From the IMG/VR virus record IMGVR_UViG_3300048598_000045, positions 1-27,803 of that record: a stretch of 27,803 nt of DNA. The stretch is one strand, 5' to 3'. Shown here in pieces: positions 13,467 to 22,835 of this stretch. Numbering within the stretch: the first letter of the stretch is position 1; each line of letters starts with the position of its first letter. Both the position numbers and the translations under genes were made by a program. The stretch is from a virus. Lineage: Duplodnaviria; Caudoviricetes. Under the pieces are notes generated by a model. The model saw nothing but the letters and a program-made list of their open reading frames with translations. It had not been told where the DNA came from and searched no databases.

Positions 13467-14723
13467 ATGGCAAACGATATCAAGGTCCAGGACATCATTG
13501 TCCGGGAGGCCCAGTATCAGCTCAAGAATGCGCTGGTGCTCGGCAATCTGGTCTCTCGCGTTCACGAAGGCGAGTTCGCCGATGACGTGAAAGGCTGGAA
13601 GGTCGGCGACACGGTGCGCGTGAAGCGCCCTGAGAACTTCATTCCTGGCGAAGGCGCGACCCTGTCGGTTGCTGAAGCCGAGGAAGCGACGCTCAACGTC
13701 ACCGTCAATACCCAGCTCAACAAGGGCCTGTCCTTCTCCTCCAAGGAACTGACTATGTTCCTGTCGGGGCCGAAGGGCGCGCGGCGCATCGGCGAGGAGA
13801 AGATCAAGCCGCTGATGCACGCCTTCGCCAACCGGATCGATTCCGATCTGGCGGGGCTCTACCGCTACGTTCCCAACTACGTCGGCACGCCGGGTCTGAC
13901 CATCGACTCGTACCCCGACTATCTGAAGGGCACGGAGCGCCTGAACGAGCTCGCGATCCCGCAGGATGGCCGCAACGGCTTCCTGAGCCCGGCCGATGAC
14001 GCCGGCCTCAAGGGTGCGTTCAACAACTACTACGACACGTCGGTATCCCGGAACGCCCTGCAAAAGGCTCGCTTGCCGATGCTGGACGGATCGGACGTCT
14101 ACATGTCGCAGAACGTGAAGACGCATATCGTCGGCCCGCTGGGCGGCACGCCGCTGGTGAACGGTGGCGCCCAGGCTGTGACCTACGCTGCCTCCAAGGC
14201 GACGTATTCGCAGAATCTGGTCACGGATGGCTGGACGGCCGCCGCGGCGGCCCGCGTGAAGGCTGGTGACGTGTTCACCATCGCCAACGTCTACGCGGTC
14301 AACCCGGTCGATGGTGACACCCTGCCGTTCCTGCGCCAGTTCGTCGTTCTGGCGGATGCTTCTTCGGACGCTTCCGGCAATGCGACGATCTCGATCTCGC
14401 CGCCGATCATCACCTCGGGCCCGTACAAGACCGTCGACGCCCAGCCGGCGGACAACGCTCCGATGACCTTCGTCGGCACGGCGAACACCAGCTACCGCCA
14501 GCCGATGATCTTCCACAAGGACGCTTTCCACCTGGCGATCGTCCCCATGGAGATGCCGGAAGGTGCTGCGTTCAAGGCCCGTATCAACGAGGACGGCATT
14601 TCTGTCCGCGTGGTGTCCGGCTTCGATATCACGAACGATATCAGCACCTGGCGCTTCGACGTGCTTTACGGCGTGACCCCGGTTCGCCCGAACCTTGCCA
14701 CCCGCATCAACGGCACGGCCTGA
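13467..14723 (+). CDS. Major capsid protein, P22 coat (gp5) family
   Basis: KVGDTVRVKRP, ANRID, KAGDVFTIANVYAVNP, FHKDAF.LA..P, RFDVLYG...RP motifs. Confidence 0.95.
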   Translation: MANDIKVQDIIVREAQYQLKNALVLGNLVSRVHEGEFADDVKGWKVGDTVRVKRPENFIPGEGATLSVAEAEEATLNVTVNTQLNKGLSFSSKELTMFLSGPKGARRIGEEKIKPLMHAFANRIDSDLAGLYRYVPNYVGTPGLTIDSYPDYLKGTERLNELAIPQDGRNGFLSPADDAGLKGAFNNYYDTSVSRNALQKARLPMLDGSDVYMSQNVKTHIVGPLGGTPLVNGGAQAVTYAASKATYSQNLVTDGWTAAAAARVKAGDVFTIANVYAVNPVDGDTLPFLRQFVVLADASSDASGNATISISPPIITSGPYKTVDAQPADNAPMTFVGTANTSYRQPMIFHKDAFHLAIVPMEMPEGAAFKARINEDGISVRVVSGFDITNDISTWRFDVLYGVTPVRPNLATRINGTA

Positions 14724-14746
14724 CCGTCCTGACCATCCACAACACT

Positions 14747-14776
14747 GAGAGGGGCGGCTTTCGGGCTGCCCCTTTC
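14747..14776 (+). terminator. Terminator after the coat gene
   Basis: GAGAGGGGCGGC-TTTCGG-GCTGCCCCTTTC. Confidence 0.7.
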
Positions 14777-14795
14777 GCCTTTCTGAGGGCGAGCG

Positions 14796-15182
14796 ATGGT
14801 GACCAGTGAAAACCTTGTCCTGGCGGTCATGGATCGGCTGGAAGAGTCCGGTAGCGATGGTTCTTTCGAGCCGGAAACCGCCGATAAGATCCGCAACGCT
14901 CTCCCGCGCTTGTTCAAGTTCCTGCTCGACACCAACGTCGTCTTGCAGCCTGTCGGGCCTGACGAGATCGACGAGGGCCAGTTCTTCGCACTGCGCTCCT
15001 TTGTGGCGTGGAAGCTGGCCGGCGACTTCGGCATGGCTGGCAATGCGCCGCTCGCTGCTGAAGGGGCGCAGGCCGTCGAAGACCTCAAGACGCTGGCTCG
15101 GATCAATCGCGGCACGCGCCGCACTCTGAGCGTCGACAGTGCGCTGACCGGGCGCCGGTCCAGCTTCAGGATCAGCGGCTGA
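14796..15182 (+). CDS. Head-tail adaptor (P22 gp4-like)
   Basis: Helical 128-aa protein, VAWKLAGDFG motif, synteny between coat and gp10-like gene. Confidence 0.72.
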   Translation: MVTSENLVLAVMDRLEESGSDGSFEPETADKIRNALPRLFKFLLDTNVVLQPVGPDEIDEGQFFALRSFVAWKLAGDFGMAGNAPLAAEGAQAVEDLKTLARINRGTRRTLSVDSALTGRRSSFRISG

Positions 15183-16600
15183 TGCCGGTGGTTCAGGTCC
15201 CGTTCCCGACCTCATCGGCAAAGGGGCGGTTTGCGGAGAGTGGCGGCCGTCTCATCAACGCCTATGCCGAGAAGCTTGGCGATGGGCGGGTGAAGATCAG
15301 CCGCGTCCATGGCATTCGGCCGATCATCGAGGTTGCGGGGTATTCGCACTGCCGCGGCGCGATCGAGATCAACGGCGTGGTGCTGGACGCCCTGAACGAT
15401 CGGCTTGGCACGATCACGCTGGCGGGTGGCAATTACATCCCCAACGACCTCGGCTCCTTTTCCGGCTCCGAGACGGTCTATTTCGCCCGAAACAACAAGA
15501 GCCCGACTCCTGACATTGTTGCAGTGACGGATTCGACGGCCTGGGTCATCAACATGACGACGGGCGCGAGCTCGTACCCCGATGCTGACGTTGGTTCGCC
15601 AAATTCCGTCTGCTTCCTCGGAGGCTATTTCATCTTCAGCTACGGCAACGCTCGCATGCGGGCGTCCGGCCTGAACGATACCAGCATCAACACGCTGGAC
15701 ACCGCATTTTCGGAGAGCAAACCGGACGGCCTCACGCGCGTCATTGCGCTGGGCAAGAACCTCTACGCCTGCGGCCCGCAGACAATCGAAATCTGGCCGA
15801 ACACCGGCAACGCCACGGGCTTCCCGTTCTCCTACCTCGACACCATCCCGCGGGGCATTGCCGGTCCCGACGCCATCGCCGGGTTCGAGAACGATTGGTC
15901 GAACGCCATCATCTTCGCCGGCAGCGACAATGTCGTCTACCGGATCAACGGGGCCATCGCCGAGCCGATCTCCTCGCCGTCCGTGTCGAAGGATCTCGAG
16001 CGGCTGACGGACAAGAGCAGCCTGAAGGCGGTTGTCTACGGCCATGAGGGACATGCTGTCTGGTGCCTGTCCTGTGATGACTGGACGTGGTGCTACGACA
16101 TTGCCTCCGGCTCTTGGTTCGAACGCAGGAGCTATGACCGCGACAACTGGCGGGCTTCGGCCGCCGTGAAATGCTTCGGGTCATGGGTCATCGGAGACGA
16201 CGAAACCGGCAAGTTCGGCGTGATCGATCCAGATTACGGGTACGAGTTCGGTGACCCGCTGGTGTGGGAGCCGACCAGCTCGACGATGAGCGGCTTCCCG
16301 TCGCGCGCAGCCATGTCCCGGCTCGATCTCGACATCATGTCCGGCGTCGGCATCGCGACCGGGGCGGACCCGATCGAGACAAACCCCGTGGTGTCCATTT
16401 CGTGGTCACGCGACGGCGGCGTGACCTTTGGCAGCCCCGTCATTCGGGAGATTGGCGCGCAGGGCGAGTACCGGAAGGCAGTGCGCGTCAACCGTCTCGG
16501 CACAGCCTCGGCCAAGGGCGCCCAGATCAGGCTCAGTTGCTCCGATCCGCGGCCGATCTCGCTTTTCGGCGGGCAGTTGCAGGTGGAGGCGAAGGGCTGA
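15182..16600 (+). CDS. Tail hub / DNA stabilization protein (P22 gp10-like)
   Basis: RLINAYAE, ESKPDG, TIEIW.NTG...FPF, TWCYDIASGSWFER, ISWSRDGG.TFG, IG.QGEY motifs. Confidence 0.9.
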   Translation: MPVVQVPFPTSSAKGRFAESGGRLINAYAEKLGDGRVKISRVHGIRPIIEVAGYSHCRGAIEINGVVLDALNDRLGTITLAGGNYIPNDLGSFSGSETVYFARNNKSPTPDIVAVTDSTAWVINMTTGASSYPDADVGSPNSVCFLGGYFIFSYGNARMRASGLNDTSINTLDTAFSESKPDGLTRVIALGKNLYACGPQTIEIWPNTGNATGFPFSYLDTIPRGIAGPDAIAGFENDWSNAIIFAGSDNVVYRINGAIAEPISSPSVSKDLERLTDKSSLKAVVYGHEGHAVWCLSCDDWTWCYDIASGSWFERRSYDRDNWRASAAVKCFGSWVIGDDETGKFGVIDPDYGYEFGDPLVWEPTSSTMSGFPSRAAMSRLDLDIMSGVGIATGADPIETNPVVSISWSRDGGVTFGSPVIREIGAQGEYRKAVRVNRLGTASAKGAQIRLSCSDPRPISLFGGQLQVEAKG

Positions 16601-16833
16601 TGGCAACCAAGCTCCCCACCAGGCCGGGCGCTGCTGACAGGGCCGTCCAGTTCACGGGCGACCGCGCGGCATCGATGCCGGGCAACGTGCTCGACCCGAA
16701 CCTCTTCTTCTTCCTCACCCAGCTTCTCGCCGTCGTCGCTGAGCAGCGGACGCAGATCGAAACCCTGCGTGCTGCCGTGAACGAAACGCGAGCCAACCCC
16801 ACAACGGTCTATCCGGCCGTCCCGGCATTTTAG
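16600..16833 (+). CDS. 77-aa virion protein at the tail needle (gp26) position
   Basis: MATKLPTRP...LDPNLFFFLTQLL plus short coiled coil; TGATG coupling; function from synteny. Confidence 0.6.
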   Translation: MATKLPTRPGAADRAVQFTGDRAASMPGNVLDPNLFFFLTQLLAVVAEQRTQIETLRAAVNETRANPTTVYPAVPAF

Positions 16834-16844
16834 GACTACACGCA

Positions 16845-17369
16845 ATGCGACGTGCTGCAACCAAGGCTCTCCCGAGCCAGGGATACCTTCGCTCGCGCCT
16901 CGACTACGACCCGGAGACGGGCGTTCTCACGTGGAAGGCGCGCGAAGGGAAAGAGTGCTGGAACGTCAAGTTCGTGGGCACTCGGGCCGGTTCGCTGCCG
17001 AAAAATGCGCGGTATCGGTCGATCGATATCGAGGGTGTCACGCTCTTGGAACATCGCGTCATCTGGAAGTGGATGACCGGCCAAGAGCCGCCCGAGCAAG
17101 TCGATCACATCAATCTGGAGAGCGCGGATAACCGCTGGGAGAACCTCCGCGAGGCCGATCCTTCGACCAATCAGATGAACGTGGCGTCTCGTGCTGCCAG
17201 TGGCCTGAAGGGCGCGCACTGGAATCGGTTCCGCCAGCATTGGCAGTCGTCGATCAAAGCCAACGGCAAGAGCATCAACCTCGGCCGGTTCGACACTGCC
17301 CAGCAAGCCCATGGAGCCTACGTCCGCGCTGCCGCCGAACACTTCGGCGCCTACGCGCGCGCTGCTTAG
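16845..17369 (+). CDS. HNH endonuclease with AP2 domain (free-standing homing endonuclease)
   Basis: LDYDPETG.LTWK, HRVIWKW, VDHIN...DNRWENLREA...NQMN, SGLKGAHW...LGRFDT..QAH.AY. Confidence 0.93.
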   Translation: MRRAATKALPSQGYLRSRLDYDPETGVLTWKAREGKECWNVKFVGTRAGSLPKNARYRSIDIEGVTLLEHRVIWKWMTGQEPPEQVDHINLESADNRWENLREADPSTNQMNVASRAASGLKGAHWNRFRQHWQSSIKANGKSINLGRFDTAQQAHGAYVRAAAEHFGAYARAA

Positions 17370-17380
17370 GAGGTCCGACT

Positions 17381-18064
17381 ATGGCTAGCGCGAAGGGCGC
17401 AAGGAGCGCTGCGGTCTGGGGCAGCCAGCAGTTGCTCGACAACCAGCCGAAGGTGCTGGGGGAGCTCGGAGCGGGCTACAATGCCGCTCAGGGCTTTCTC
17501 GGGCAGGCTGGCGACATGTTCGGCGGGCTGGCGGCGCAAGGACAGCCCGGCCTCGACAAGTACAACCTCCTGACGCTCGGCAGAGGCGCGGACATCCAGA
17601 ACGCGCTTGAGGGCACTGGCGGCTATCAGTTCAACCGCGATCAGGGGATGCAGGGGCTGCTTCGCGCCAGGGCTGCCCAAGGGATGCTCGGTTCAGGGAA
17701 CACCGATACCGACGCTATGACGTTCATGAGCGGCCTTGCCAGCAACACGCTCAACCAGGAGCGTCAGGCGTTGCTCCCGTATCTCGGGATGTATCAGCAG
17801 GGCATCGGTGGGCAGGCCGGGGTGCTTGGCCAGCAGGCCGGGGCCGCGACGGACTACTTCGGCAACCGCGCATCGGTTCTCGACAATACGACGAAGAGCA
17901 TCGTCGGGCTCGGGACGGAAGCCTTCAAGGCCGGCGATGCTGCGAAGAACGCGAACCAAGCCAACGCGATCAACATCGGTATGGGCGTTGGCAAGATGGC
18001 TCTCAGCGCGCTTGGCGGGCCGGCTGGTATCGCGGGCGGTTTCACCAGCATGTTCGGGGGCTGA
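17381..18064 (+). CDS. DNA ejection protein (P22 gp7-like)
   Basis: Gly/Ala/Gln-rich; GGYQFNRDQG...AAQGMLGSGNT motif; GGAGG SD before 17381. Confidence 0.82.
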   Translation: MASAKGARSAAVWGSQQLLDNQPKVLGELGAGYNAAQGFLGQAGDMFGGLAAQGQPGLDKYNLLTLGRGADIQNALEGTGGYQFNRDQGMQGLLRARAAQGMLGSGNTDTDAMTFMSGLASNTLNQERQALLPYLGMYQQGIGGQAGVLGQQAGAATDYFGNRASVLDNTTKSIVGLGTEAFKAGDAAKNANQANAINIGMGVGKMALSALGGPAGIAGGFTSMFGG

Positions 18065-18067
18065 CGG

Positions 18068-20038
18068 ATGGCTTTCCAGCTTACCCCGCTCCACATTCCG
18101 AGCCTGACGACCGATTACAGCGCGCAGACCAATGCGACCGCGCGCCTTGGCGAGACGCTCGGAAATCTGCCGGGCGAGATGCGCAAAGAGCAGCTTCAGC
18201 AGCAGAAGCAGCAGATCCTTGGCCAGATCGGCTCGGGGAAGATGGACTACGACAAGGCCGGGCGCGCCCTGATCGCGCTCGGTGACACACAGGCGGGCGC
18301 GACTCTGCTCAGTCTCGGGCAGAAGCAGCAGATGCTTGGCGCTCAGAAGGGAATTGCCGATATCTTCTCAGGCGGTGGTGGTTCAGCCGCGCCTGTCGCG
18401 CTCGGCAGCCCGAACGAGGTAGAGAACCGCTTCATCGGCGGCGTACAGAAGGCCGGGCTCACCAATCCGAACGGCCTCGCCGCAGTGGCGGCCTATGGCA
18501 AATCGGAAAGCGGCTGGAGCCCCGAGAACGTCAACAAGACGTGGTCCGACCCTTCCGAGAGCGGCGCCGCCGGCACCTCGGGCGGCACGATGTCGTGGCG
18601 TGCCGACCGCCTTCAGAACCTTCAGAACTTCGCGCGGCAGCGTGGCGAGCAGGGCAATGGCTCGCCAGAGACGCAGGCCGCCTTCCTAGCGCAGGAAGAC
18701 CCGACCTTGATCCCGCGCCTCAATGCGGCCAAGACCCCGCAAGAGGCCAACCAGATCATGGCCGGTGCGTGGCGTTTCGCCGGGTATGACCGGCCGGGGC
18801 AAGGAGAGTATGCACGTCGTGAGGGGCTGACCTCGCAGTATGCTCAGCGCTATGGCAATCAGCCGTCTGCTGCGCCAGCCCAGCCCGGCGTGCAAGTCGC
18901 GGAGAACGAGGCCGCCCGCTCAGCGCCGCCCGCTCAGGTAGCGCAGTCCCCGGATCTACCGCCGCAGGGCGCAAACGCAGCCCCGGCGCAGGCGCAGGGA
19001 TTTGCCGTCCCCGGCAACATGCTGCCTCCGAATGACCCATATCCGCGCGTAACGACGCAGCAGCTCTACGGTGTTCTTCAGAACCCTATGGCCTCGGATG
19101 GACAGCGCGCCATGGCGAAGTCCATCATCGATAATCGGATGAAATACTCCGACGAGAACGCGCCCGATAAGCGGGAGATGACGAGGCTCCAGACGGAAAA
19201 GCTGCGTCGCGAGGTCGAAGGGGACAATGTTCGCTCTCTGACCACTGCTGAGGAGCGCGCGCGATATGGCGTCGATCCGGCATACCGGGGGACAGTTCAG
19301 GTCGATCGTCAGGGACGCATTTCCTACCCGGGCAAAGCGACCAGCGAAGTCAACGTCAACCAGAAGGGCGAAACCAAGTTCGAGGAAGAGCTTGGGAAGA
19401 AGCAGGCAGATCGCTGGAACGGATACATTGCTGAAGGCGACAAGGCGCAGGGCCGGCTTGCTGATATTCAGACGCTTCGAGAGACTTCCCGCCGTCTCGG
19501 GTCACAGGGGTCCCAGGCCAACCTGAAGTTGCTGATTGGCCCCTTCGCCGAAAGCCTCGGCATTCAGGTCGAGGGGCTGCCAGACATCCAGCTGTACGAG
19601 TCGATCGCCAATCGGCTAGCGCCTCAGATGCGCGCCCCTGGCTCTGGCGCCACTTCCGATATCGAGTTCAAAGGCTTCCTCCGCGCCATCGGCCCATTGT
19701 CGAATAACCCAGCTGCCCGCGAGATGATCTTCGACACTTTCGAGGCCGCGAGCCGCAACGATCTGGCGCGCGCTGACATTGCCTCTCGTCTGGCGTCTGG
19801 CGACATCAACCGCGGGCAGGCTGAGAAGGAGCTTCGCGCTCTTCCGACCCCGCTTGAGGCGTTCCGCGAATTCCGCAAGCAGAACCCCGATCTTGTTGGG
19901 CAAGCGATCAAGGAAAGCGCGCGCGTGGACTATGAGCAGCGCAACGCGCCGCCTATCACGTCCGCGGATGCCTACAGCAAGCTCAAGCCTGGCGACAAAT
20001 ACACCGACCCGCAGGGCAACATCAGGACCAAGCGCTGA
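18068..20038 (+). CDS. DNA ejection protein (gp20 position) with internal phage-tail-lysozyme-like domain
   Basis: GLTNPNGLAAVAAYGKSESGWSP...SWRADR...QAAFL domain; MRAPGSGATSD.E and C-terminal LKPGDKYTDPQG motifs. Confidence 0.8.
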   Translation: MAFQLTPLHIPSLTTDYSAQTNATARLGETLGNLPGEMRKEQLQQQKQQILGQIGSGKMDYDKAGRALIALGDTQAGATLLSLGQKQQMLGAQKGIADIFSGGGGSAAPVALGSPNEVENRFIGGVQKAGLTNPNGLAAVAAYGKSESGWSPENVNKTWSDPSESGAAGTSGGTMSWRADRLQNLQNFARQRGEQGNGSPETQAAFLAQEDPTLIPRLNAAKTPQEANQIMAGAWRFAGYDRPGQGEYARREGLTSQYAQRYGNQPSAAPAQPGVQVAENEAARSAPPAQVAQSPDLPPQGANAAPAQAQGFAVPGNMLPPNDPYPRVTTQQLYGVLQNPMASDGQRAMAKSIIDNRMKYSDENAPDKREMTRLQTEKLRREVEGDNVRSLTTAEERARYGVDPAYRGTVQVDRQGRISYPGKATSEVNVNQKGETKFEEELGKKQADRWNGYIAEGDKAQGRLADIQTLRETSRRLGSQGSQANLKLLIGPFAESLGIQVEGLPDIQLYESIANRLAPQMRAPGSGATSDIEFKGFLRAIGPLSNNPAAREMIFDTFEAASRNDLARADIASRLASGDINRGQAEKELRALPTPLEAFREFRKQNPDLVGQAIKESARVDYEQRNAPPITSADAYSKLKPGDKYTDPQGNIRTKR

Positions 20039-22104
20039 TGGCCAACCCGTGGGACAATGACCCGATCGTCAAGGCAGCGCCGTCGAAGACCAGCGGCGGC
20101 ATGCCTTGGGACAACGACCCTATTGTCAAAGCGGCCGAGCCGAAGACCGGTGTCGTCGAGGATATGGCGAAGTCGGCCGCCTCTGGCGCTGCACGCGGTG
20201 GGTTGGGGCTTGTCGGCCTGCCGGGTACGATTGCTGACGTGCTCCGAAAAGGGGCCGATATAGCTGCGGATCAGACGATCGGCCGTGCGGTGAACTACGC
20301 CAACACGGGGTCATTCGAAGCGCCTTCGCCGCCGCCGTCTGCTGATCTCATCCGTGAGCGCACCGGCATTCCTGATCCTGGCCAAGCGATTTCCGGGCAG
20401 GCGCTGACTGACGCTGCGGCGAGCGTTGTCCCCGGCATCAAGTACCAACCGCAGACTGAGGCCGGAAAGGTTGCAGCAACAATCGGAGAGTTCACGCCGG
20501 GGTTCCTCTCGCCGGGCACTATAGCTCAGCGCGTCGTTGGCGGCGTCTTGGCCCCGGCCCTGACCTCGGAAGCTCTCGGGCGTACGGCAGCGCACCTATC
20601 GCCGTCTCTAGAGCAGCCCGCACGCCTTGTCGGCGCTCTAGCGGGTGGCGTGGCAGGCACGCTGGCGACGCGCCCGAGCACGGCACAAGCCGCTGTCTCG
20701 GCGGGCATGCGCGGCGTGGACGATGCCATAATCACGGCTGCCGGCCAGTTGATGCAGGAGGCCAATACTCGCGGTATCGCGCTCACGTGGCCGGAAGCTA
20801 TCGCGCAGGCAAGCAATGGCGGCGGCCGGGGCCTCACGAACATGCAGCGGGTCGTCGAAGGCTCGCAGGGTGGCGGCGATGTGATGGGCGCTTTCATGGC
20901 GCAGCGCCCTGCGCAGATTGCCAGCGCTGCGCGCCGGGAATTTGACCAGATAGCCCCACAGTCGCAGGCCCCTTCGACCATCGGACCCGCGGTAGGACAG
21001 GCAGCGGGGGAGCGTATTGCTGAGGTCCGAGGCGCAATCAACAATGCGACCGACCCGCTTTATCGCGCCGCTGAGGCGGTGCGGGTCAGCCCGCAGGAGG
21101 CCGCTAGGGTGCAGGCGCTTCCAGGCTATGCCGAAGCTGCCAACGCGATCAGGTCGACCCCGCAACTCGCCCGTTACGTCCAAGGTTTGCCCGACGACAG
21201 CGTTGGATTTCTCAACGAGGTGAAGAAGTTCCTCGGAACTGCATCCGACAATGCCGCCGGCCCGATGAACGCCAACAAGAACATGCAGATCTCGGCGGGT
21301 TACGGGCTGGACGAAGGCGTTGTTCGGCAGGCTGCTTCTGCGGCTTCTCCCGAATATGCTCGGGCTCTGGCCGTTCAGGAGCAAGCCCGCAAGCAGTTCC
21401 TTGATCCGTTAATGCAGGGCCCGATCGGCAAGCTGGCAGACAAGGACATCACCACGCGCCAAGCCATCGGCGTCCTGTTCCCGTCAAACCCACTTCCTGG
21501 CAGTGCCCCGGAAATCGTCGATGCGGTTGGCGCCTTGGCGAAAAAGAACCCGATGGCAGCCCGGCAACTGGTCCGCGCCCACGTCGAAAGCTCGTTTAAC
21601 GAGGCTACGCAGGCACTACAGTCTGGGGCTAACCAGTTCGGTGGGGCGGGATTTGCCGCGGTTCTGAAGGGGAACACCCAGCAGGCCGAGAACCTAGCCG
21701 CAGCGATCCAAGGTGTAGCCGGACCACAAGCGCTCAGTGGGTTTGACAAGTTCCTCGACATCATGAGCGCCACTGGCCAGCGCCAGCGCATCGGGTCACA
21801 GACCGCGTTCAATCAGGAGACGCAGGACATTCTTCGCCGTGGCGGGATGATCGGAGAGGCTGCGAACACAGTCGCAACGGCGGGCGTCAAGCTGCCGGGT
21901 CGCGTGAAAGAAGCTTATGAGCAGTGGCGCCTCGGTCGGAACACCGAGCAGATCGCCAAGCTATTTACCGATCCGAACGCGATCGAGATGTTTCGGCGCC
22001 TTGGTCGCGCTGCTCCGGGGTCCAGTCAGGCTCAGGCTATCTCCGCTCGCCTCGCCATCATGGCGACGCAAGCCTCGCAAGCGGCGAACAGACCAGTCCC
22101 ATAG
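20038..22104 (+). CDS. Large DNA ejection protein (gp16 position)
   Basis: Duplicated PWDNDPIVKAA N-terminus, Ala/Gly-rich, third gene of the ejection cluster. Confidence 0.78.
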   Translation: MANPWDNDPIVKAAPSKTSGGMPWDNDPIVKAAEPKTGVVEDMAKSAASGAARGGLGLVGLPGTIADVLRKGADIAADQTIGRAVNYANTGSFEAPSPPPSADLIRERTGIPDPGQAISGQALTDAAASVVPGIKYQPQTEAGKVAATIGEFTPGFLSPGTIAQRVVGGVLAPALTSEALGRTAAHLSPSLEQPARLVGALAGGVAGTLATRPSTAQAAVSAGMRGVDDAIITAAGQLMQEANTRGIALTWPEAIAQASNGGGRGLTNMQRVVEGSQGGGDVMGAFMAQRPAQIASAARREFDQIAPQSQAPSTIGPAVGQAAGERIAEVRGAINNATDPLYRAAEAVRVSPQEAARVQALPGYAEAANAIRSTPQLARYVQGLPDDSVGFLNEVKKFLGTASDNAAGPMNANKNMQISAGYGLDEGVVRQAASAASPEYARALAVQEQARKQFLDPLMQGPIGKLADKDITTRQAIGVLFPSNPLPGSAPEIVDAVGALAKKNPMAARQLVRAHVESSFNEATQALQSGANQFGGAGFAAVLKGNTQQAENLAAAIQGVAGPQALSGFDKFLDIMSATGQRQRIGSQTAFNQETQDILRRGGMIGEAANTVATAGVKLPGRVKEAYEQWRLGRNTEQIAKLFTDPNAIEMFRRLGRAAPGSSQAQAISARLAIMATQASQAANRPVP

Positions 22105-22260
22105 GTGCGTCAGGCAGGCGGTGAGGAAGGCGCAAAGCACAACCCACATGCCGATCATGATAATAAGTTCAAGAGCTGTACTGGACGGATGTCGCTGCCA
22201 GTAGGCAAGCGTGAACCCCCCTACGAACAGCGACTGAGCGACGTACCAGAGGGGTCTCAT
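21961..22260 (-). CDS. Two-TM membrane protein, tail overlapping the ejection gene 3' end; superinfection-exclusion candidate
   Basis: Hydrophobic segments LWYVAQSLFVGGFTLAYW and ALELIIMIGMWVVLCAFLTACL; ATGA-coupled to upstream gene. Confidence 0.65.
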   Translation of the reverse strand: MRPLWYVAQSLFVGGFTLAYWQRHPSSTALELIIMIGMWVVLCAFLTACLTHLWDWSVRRLRGLRRHDGEASGDSLSLTGPRSSATKAPKHLDRVRIGK

Positions 22261-22601
22261 TGCTTGCCCATCTGCTTCGTAAGGGCTTTGAAGTAGTCGT
22301 CAGCGATCTTTTTCTTTAGAGCGAGTTTGTCCTTATAGTGTGAAACAAGGGTCATGCGCGAAGCCTCAGGCGCCACTCCCTGAACATAGGCGGTGAATAG
22401 CTGTTCTTCAGTTAGGCAGTTCCGAAAGGCGCTCTCAGCGGGGCCGGAGAAATCACCCTGGGGCGGAGCCCACGTTTGTACCGATAGGTTTACGCACCCG
22501 GCCCAATCGGACTGGAGTTGCTTTGCAATTTTTGCCGTGTCTTGTGCCGCCGCAGGCGGTGCAATGGCCAGCAGCAGGGCGATTTGGACGAGGCGGGTCA
22601 A
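22257..22601 (-). CDS. Exported (Sec signal) helical protein with two cysteines
   Basis: TTG start at 22601 after GGAG, TTGA overlap; TRLVQIALLLAIAPPAAA-QD signal peptide. Confidence 0.72.
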   Translation of the reverse strand: MTRLVQIALLLAIAPPAAAQDTAKIAKQLQSDWAGCVNLSVQTWAPPQGDFSGPAESAFRNCLTEEQLFTAYVQGVAPEASRMTLVSHYKDKLALKKKIADDYFKALTKQMGKQ

Positions 22602-22795
22602 AACCAGTCTCCGAACAGTGACCGCCATCCGTGGTGCTTCACCTGATAACCTATTCCCAAACCGATCGCGAGCGTCAGTGCCGTGAACAGGATCGACCTG
22701 ATTTTCTCCAGCGTCTCAGCACAGCGCCGCGTGTTTTCAGCGATGACAGAAAGCGCTTGGCTATCGTTATGGAAGCTGTAGCGCGGATCGTTCAC
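22598..22795 (-). CDS. 65-aa coiled-coil plus single-TM protein
   Basis: ILFTALTLAIGLGIGY TM; GTG start with GGGGGA SD. Confidence 0.65.
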   Translation of the reverse strand: MNDPRYSFHNDSQALSVIAENTRRCAETLEKIRSILFTALTLAIGLGIGYQVKHHGWRSLFGDWF

Positions 22796-22835
22796 TCGTC
22801 GAGTCCCCCCAGTTCATCACAAGGAGCTTAGCATG

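Noticed and set aside
13449-15221. 590-aa minus-strand ORF
   Set aside because: Antisense shadow of the coat and gp4-like genes; long open antisense frames are expected with high-GC codon bias and it shows no recognisable motifs
20047-20134. Duplicated PWDNDPIVKAA segment as a DNA element
   Set aside because: Copies differ at synonymous positions, so it is a protein-level motif of the ejection protein
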